From a virus (lineage: Duplodnaviria > Caudoviricetes), in the IMG/VR virus record IMGVR_UViG_3300032282_005369, positions 1 through 25,003 of that record: 25,003 bases of DNA, one strand, 5' to 3'. Below, in pieces: positions 8,774 through 14,000 of this stretch; within the stretch, counting starts at the first letter, position 1, and each line of letters starts with the position of its first letter. Below the pieces are notes generated by a model, which worked only from the letters and a program-made list of their open reading frames with translations, did no database searches and had not been told where the DNA came from. The position numbers and the translations under genes are program-made.

Positions 8774-9164
8774 TCCGCTGCTGGATGCGGTACATCCGCT
8801 TCTCGCTCGCGTCAGCGATACCCTGAAGGAGGTTTTGCGTCCCAAGGGACGCCTTCTTGTTCTCGGTCGTGCAGACCTCGCAGATGCTCTTCTCGGTCGC
8901 CAGCAGGACCGAGAAGGCATGCATCGTGTCCTTGAACTTGGTTTTCTCCACGATGTCGCACGCGCCCTTGGTGATGGCGAGGATGTCGCAGGAACCGGTC
9001 AGGCCGATGATCCGTTCCACGACGTCGTCATAGTCGTGCTCATACGCCTCATAGAACTCCGCGAAGTCGGCATGGTCCGACTTGAAGCTGCACCCCGTGG
9101 TCAAATTGTGCGCCATGTGCGCGTACAACTGGGAGGCACGGAGAATGATCGCGAGGTTCTTCAT
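8760..9164 (-). CDS. Dps/ferritin-like four-helix-bundle protein
   Basis: LYAHMAHNLTTGCSFKSDHADFAEFYEAYEHDYDDVVERIIGL follows the Dps pattern HxxHW..G..F..LH..Y..D..AER, with the iron-ligand H, D and E present. Confidence 0.75.
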   Translation of the reverse strand: MKNLAIILRASQLYAHMAHNLTTGCSFKSDHADFAEFYEAYEHDYDDVVERIIGLTGSCDILAITKGACDIVEKTKFKDTMHAFSVLLATEKSICEVCTTENKKASLGTQNLLQGIADASEKRMYRIQQRITGV

Positions 9165-9409
9165 TTGGTCAGGAAATGGATCACAAGGCTGACAATCAAA
9201 CCCCCGGCGATGCTGACAAGGCCCGCGAGGATGGCGATCCGTCCTTGGTTGTTATCCCGCCATGACTTCAGGGACGCGATTTCGGCCTCGGTCTGACGAC
9301 CGTTCTCCCGGATTTCTTGGAGCATGTTTCCTTGCTCGTCCAACTTGGCGAGCACCTTGGCAAACATAGCGTCCGTCGAGTGGGGGTCGAAGGTCATGTC
9401 CGGGGTCAT
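9161..9409 (-). CDS. Small coiled-coil protein with a C-terminal transmembrane helix (holin/XhlA-like)
   Basis: Heptad-like N-terminal region followed by IAILAGLVSIAGGLIVSLVIHFL; ATGA-coupled to the Dps-like gene. Confidence 0.65.
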   Translation of the reverse strand: MTPDMTFDPHSTDAMFAKVLAKLDEQGNMLQEIRENGRQTEAEIASLKSWRDNNQGRIAILAGLVSIAGGLIVSLVIHFLTK

Positions 9410-9423
9410 GGCGGAATTACCGC

Positions 9424-9624
9424 TTACGGAGTGAAGGAATCGTCCTTCTTGCCGTTGTCGATCAGGTCACCCGCGAACTTCAGAACTTCTTTGAGCGTCG
9501 AAGCCCCGGCGAAGATCAGGATGCCGGTGTGCGGGGGAACAAACGGGATCGAGCCAAGCCCGGTCAGGAAACCGAGGATCTTGCCGGCGGTGACGATGAT
9601 TCCGAGAGCTTTGTCCTTGTTCAT
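9424..9624 (-). CDS. Small membrane protein (66 aa), possible holin
   Basis: MNKDKALGIIVTAGKILGFLTGLGSIPFVPPHTGILIFAGAS: two hydrophobic segments and a charged C-terminus. The ATG at 9624 lies just downstream of a predicted promoter. Confidence 0.6.
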   Translation of the reverse strand: MNKDKALGIIVTAGKILGFLTGLGSIPFVPPHTGILIFAGASTLKEVLKFAGDLIDNGKKDDSFTP

Positions 9625-9660
9625 TAGCCGCAAAGTAGGTCGCTCAAAATTCTTTGGCAA
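9625..9660 (-). promoter_or_regulatory. Sigma70-type promoter for the membrane/Dps trio, probably giving a leaderless transcript
   Basis: Minus strand TTGCCA (9660-9655), 17-bp spacer, TACTTT (9637-9632), then 7 nt to the ATG at 9624. Confidence 0.6.
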
Positions 9661-9668
9661 GAGCGTAC

Positions 9669-9700
9669 TTGACGGTGGAATCTTGTTAAGATACCGCACC
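9669..9700 (+). promoter_or_regulatory. Putative promoter for the glycosyltransferase
   Basis: Extended -10 TGnTAAGAT at 9684-9692; TTGACG at 9669-9674 is only 12 bp from that -10. Confidence 0.45.
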
Positions 9701-9704
9701 ACCG

Positions 9705-10889
9705 ATGACCATGCCCACCATGCACATGATCGGGTGTTTTCACACCCGGCTCACCGACGAATACTCCCACTGTGCCTTTAGCGGAAAATGCCGCCGCTGG
9801 GCCAAGATGATGCAGCCTTACGGCTGGAAGACCGTTCTTTATGCCAATGCGGGGTCAGATACCACCGGCACCCATGAGTTCGTGGAGATGCTGAACGACG
9901 AGGAGTTTGAAAAATTCTATTCCCGCAAGGACAAGACTGAGTTTCACGGCAACCACGCCGTGATCGGCGAGCGCGGCTGGCCGACTTTCAACAACCGGCT
10001 GATCGTTGAACTGGCAAAGCGGGTGCAGCCGGGCGATTTTATCCTCCACCCCTTCGGCCGGGCTCACGAGCAACTCGTCAACGTCTTCCCGCACTGCGTC
10101 CATGTGGAAACGGGCATCGGCTACAGCGACAAACCGTTTGGGTGCTGGCGCATCTTCGAGTCACAGGCTTGGCGTCACTATCATTGGGGCCGCTGGGATC
10201 ACGATTCGTCGGTTCAGAACGAGAAAGGTCAGAATCGATACTACAGTTGGGTCGTGCCCAACTATTTCGACCTCGACCATTGGCAACTGGGCACCGGCGA
10301 GGGCGACTATGTAGTCTACATGGGCCGCATCACGCCGGAGAAAGGGATGAACGTGATTTCCGCGATCATCCGCGAGTTTGCCAAGCGTCCGGGCAAGCCG
10401 CCCAAGTTCGTTTTTGCCGGTCAGGGCAATTTTCAGGAACAGGTGATGCAGAACGTCCTTGGTGATCCCAAGCCCGACGATAGCCGGCTGGACATCGAGT
10501 ACGTCGGACCAGTGCATGGCATGGAACGGTCCAAGCTGATCGGCAACGCCCGCTGCATGCTCATGCCGTCGTCGTTCATCGAGCCGTTCGCCGGCTCGGG
10601 CGTGGAATCCATGCTCTGCGGGACGCCGCTTGTCTCGGTGGACTACGGCGCGTTCACCGAGACGGTGATCGAGGGCGTCACCGGTTACCGGTGCAACACC
10701 CTCGGGGATTGGTGCGCAGCGATCGAGGCGACCAAGAATCTGGACCGTCGGGCCTGCGCGGTGGCTACCCGACGCCGTTACTCGCTGGAGGCGTGCGGCA
10801 AGCTGTACGACGTCGCGTTCCGCCAGCTCAACGAGCTAAGGGGTTCCGGTTGGTATTCCCCTGAATCTCATCGCGTGCCAACGGCCTAG
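9705..10889 (+). CDS. Glycosyltransferase, GT-B fold, GT4-like (start may be 9705 or 9711)
   Basis: YVVYMGRITPEKG; FVFAGQG; EYVGPV; EX7E motif EPFAGSGVESMLCGTPLV; ETVIEGVTGY. Confidence 0.88.
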   Translation: MTMPTMHMIGCFHTRLTDEYSHCAFSGKCRRWAKMMQPYGWKTVLYANAGSDTTGTHEFVEMLNDEEFEKFYSRKDKTEFHGNHAVIGERGWPTFNNRLIVELAKRVQPGDFILHPFGRAHEQLVNVFPHCVHVETGIGYSDKPFGCWRIFESQAWRHYHWGRWDHDSSVQNEKGQNRYYSWVVPNYFDLDHWQLGTGEGDYVVYMGRITPEKGMNVISAIIREFAKRPGKPPKFVFAGQGNFQEQVMQNVLGDPKPDDSRLDIEYVGPVHGMERSKLIGNARCMLMPSSFIEPFAGSGVESMLCGTPLVSVDYGAFTETVIEGVTGYRCNTLGDWCAAIEATKNLDRRACAVATRRRYSLEACGKLYDVAFRQLNELRGSGWYSPESHRVPTA

Positions 10890-11079
10890 TCCGGGGCTTG
10901 TTCTTGATGCGGCGGGCAAGACGAGTCTTGTCCGCCGAGAACTTCTGGGGGGTTCCGACGAGCTTTTGCGCCCAAGCCTTTTGGCGCTCGGGCGAAAGCA
11001 TCGACATGGCCTTGGAGTAAGCCTCGCCCAGAGCGGGCGTCTCGGCAGCGTCAGCTCTTGGTGCGGGCGACGGGTTCAT
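10828..11079 (-). CDS. Small basic hypothetical protein (83 aa) overlapping the end of the polyvalent protein gene
   Basis: ATG at 11079, 29 nt inside the upstream gene. Codons are phage-typical (AAG, GCC, CGC, ATC) across the otherwise empty 10890-11050 gap. The last ~21 codons are antisense to the glycosyltransferase. Confidence 0.5.
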   Translation of the reverse strand: MNPSPAPRADAAETPALGEAYSKAMSMLSPERQKAWAQKLVGTPQKFSADKTRLARRIKNKPRTRPLARDEIQGNTNRNPLAR

Positions 11080-14000
11080 TTTTGAAAACGTAATCCTTCT
11101 TGGTTTTCTGTCGATAGAGTTCCCGGGCTCCGTCGGAGTAGCTGACTCGACCGGCCGTGTCTTCGGCGTCTCCGGTTTCATCGTCGGTCTGCTTGTCGAT
11201 GGCGGAGATCTCGTCGGAATCCGTTTTCCGGCGCAGGCGGTTCCAGATGTCCTTTTCCAGATACCAGAGGATGGCCTGCACGTCGGAGGTATCGATTTTC
11301 TCCTCACCACGCTCGGCGCGGAGCTTTTGAACGTCGTCGATCACCTCACGGATGAACTTGCGGTGCCGACCGTTGTCCGGCGCATCGTACAGGCCGCTGT
11401 TGGCCTTGACGTACCGGTTGTACAAGCGGCGCATCACGTCCTGCGCATGAGCGTCAGCGTCGTCGGGATCGGCTTTTAGGCGCTTCTTGATTTCCTTGTA
11501 GTTCTTGAACGCCTGTTTCCCGGTGACCGCGATCTCGTCGAGGATTTCCTTGTCGGAAAGGTCCTCGGGCAGCACGTCGGCAGCTTCCTGCCGGGCTTCG
11601 TCGAGGATTCCCTTGATCATCTCAGGACGATCCTCACCCAGCCGGCCGGTCAGGCGGTGGAAGGTGCGCATGAACCAGCGGTCCATCGTCAGCCGGTCGA
11701 ACTTGCCGTAGAGGTTGGCGAAGAACCCGCCACCGAGCTTGGGGCCAAGGACCGCGGCGCCGACGGTGTTGTAATCGACCAGTTCCCCAGAGGGCATCGT
11801 GGTCTTGAGGTACTTCTTCACGGCGGCCTTCTTGTCGGCCACAGACGCTTCGGGCGGCAGCCCCTGCGCTTCGGCGACCATGCCGTAGAGGTTGTTCAGG
11901 TGATCGCCCAGCGACTGGTCGGAGGTGAGGAACTTGACCGTGTCCTCCGGTCCCACGGCCTCGATCATCTGGTTCAGGAACGTCAGGTGGCCCTTGATCG
12001 CCTTGTTGCGCTCACCACCCCACTTGCCCACGGGCGGGATCTTACCGGTCTTGAGCCAATTCTCGTAGAGTTCAGCCGTCTTCAGGAACTGCGGGACCAC
12101 CTTTTGACCATTCGAGGTCACGGCGAGGATCGCGTTGAAGATTCCCCGGTTCACCGGGTCGTCCAACTTGTAGTCCAGCTCCGGCGAGCGCAGGATCTCG
12201 AAGACCTTCTGCATTTCCCGGTTGTACCAGCCGATCGCGTCCGCGTTTTCCGGCATCGTCAGGGCCAAGGACAGCTCGCGGTCGAACAGCTCGGCCAGCT
12301 TGCGCCGACTGTCCGCGTCCATCTTGTCCAGCCCCTCGGGGAACTCCTTTTTCAGCAAATCGCCGAGATACTTCGAGACTTCGGTCTGGTTCTTGAAGGT
12401 GAGGTTCTTGGCGTCCTCCAGCGCCGTCTGACCGACGGGCTTGTTGGTCAGGCTGTACTTGATGTCAGGCTTTTGAATGGAACTTGGCGATGTTGGAAGA
12501 AGGGGTTTTTCTCCAAGATACTTCCATGTTTTGGCCCCAGCAGGATAGTCGTCAGGAAATGAGATCCAGTCATATTTTTCCTTGAGGTCAGCCTCTACTT
12601 TTCGGGCGTTCTCCAGTACTTGAAAAACGGTGACGTATCCGCTGTCCTTCCATGTCTCCAATAACGTGGAAGCGTCACTTTCTCTGATTGACGCGACCAC
12701 CTCTGCCAGACGGCGCAATGCCGCCCAGTTACTACTCGGCAAATCCAATGGATTAGTTTGATTGACTGAAAATTTATAAAGATTCGGTCCACCGAACCCG
12801 GGGTTGTCTTGATACGCCGCAGCGTCAGAGCGAGACGCGGAAAAGTGAGCCCCTGTTCTGGCCTCTGGCTCGCCGGCAGCGCGGTAAAGTTCAATTGGCT
12901 TTTCTTGGGAAAGGCTGAACCGGTAATCGCCCTGACGCCGGGCACGATTGGCCTCATCTTCGGTCATTCCGACCCGGGCCGCTTCCTCCGCGGTGACAGG
13001 GCGCTGACCAAACGAGCCGACGTTGCCGATCGCGCTCTTGATCTGCGTGGGCTCGAACGCCACGAGATGCCGTCCGTCTTGAAACCCGTCGTAGCCGCCG
13101 GCCTTGATGACCCGCTGGTAAGCATCGCCGTCACCGTTCAAGGCGTCCGACGAAATTTTCCGACGCTCGACCATGTCGTCGATCTTGTCGTCGAACCACC
13201 GATTGCCGGGCTCGATCCAAGGATTGGATTTTTCCAATTCTGCCCGGTAGGCATCCTTCATCACGTCCGAGATGACTGATTTTCCGGGGATGAACGGGTC
13301 CTTGATCGCTAGGTAGACCGGCAGGATCTGAGCGCCTTCCTTGTAGCCGCCTTCGCGGTCTCCGGCGTACCAGCTCGCCTCCTCGGGCTCCGGCGTGAAG
13401 TAATAGCCGGCGACGTTGCCGCGACGATTCTTGGCCTCGTTGCTCTTGAAGATGTTGCCCTCAAACGCCTCGGGCGTGCCGTGGTAGTAGACTTGAGGAT
13501 TGCCGTTCTCATCCCGCGCAACGCTGCCGCGGCTGAACTTTCTGAGTTCAGGAGTGAGGCTGAACCGGATGTCGCCCTGACGCTGGGCACGATTGGCTTC
13601 GTCCGCGGTCATGCCCCGACGATCGGCTTCCTCCTCGGTGACCGGACGTTGACCGTAGGCGCCGACATTGCCCGTGGCGGACGTGATTTGCTTGGGGTCA
13701 AAGACGGCGAGGTTCTTGACGCCCTTTTCTTCGACGTAAAGCCCATCAAAACCGAGTTGCTTGATTCGATCAGCGAGCCTCTCGATGTCATGCCAATCAC
13801 CTTCTCTAACGGCAAAACGGGAAACGGGTGATCCCCTCCCAGTATCAATGTACTCCTCATCTCCAAACACTTGATCGACGTGTTTCCGGTTCTCGAAATC
13901 AAACGGGTTCTTGGCCCGCATGAACACCTTGTAGACACGCGACCCTTCCGGCGCCTCTTTCAAACCCGGTTCAAAAATGCTGGAGAAGGTCTGCGCGAAG

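Noticed and set aside
12912-13690. Repeat pair as a diversity-generating retroelement TR/VR or a CRISPR array
   Set aside because: The 32 mismatches involve all four bases rather than adenines only, no reverse transcriptase is in the window, and there are just two long in-frame coding copies.
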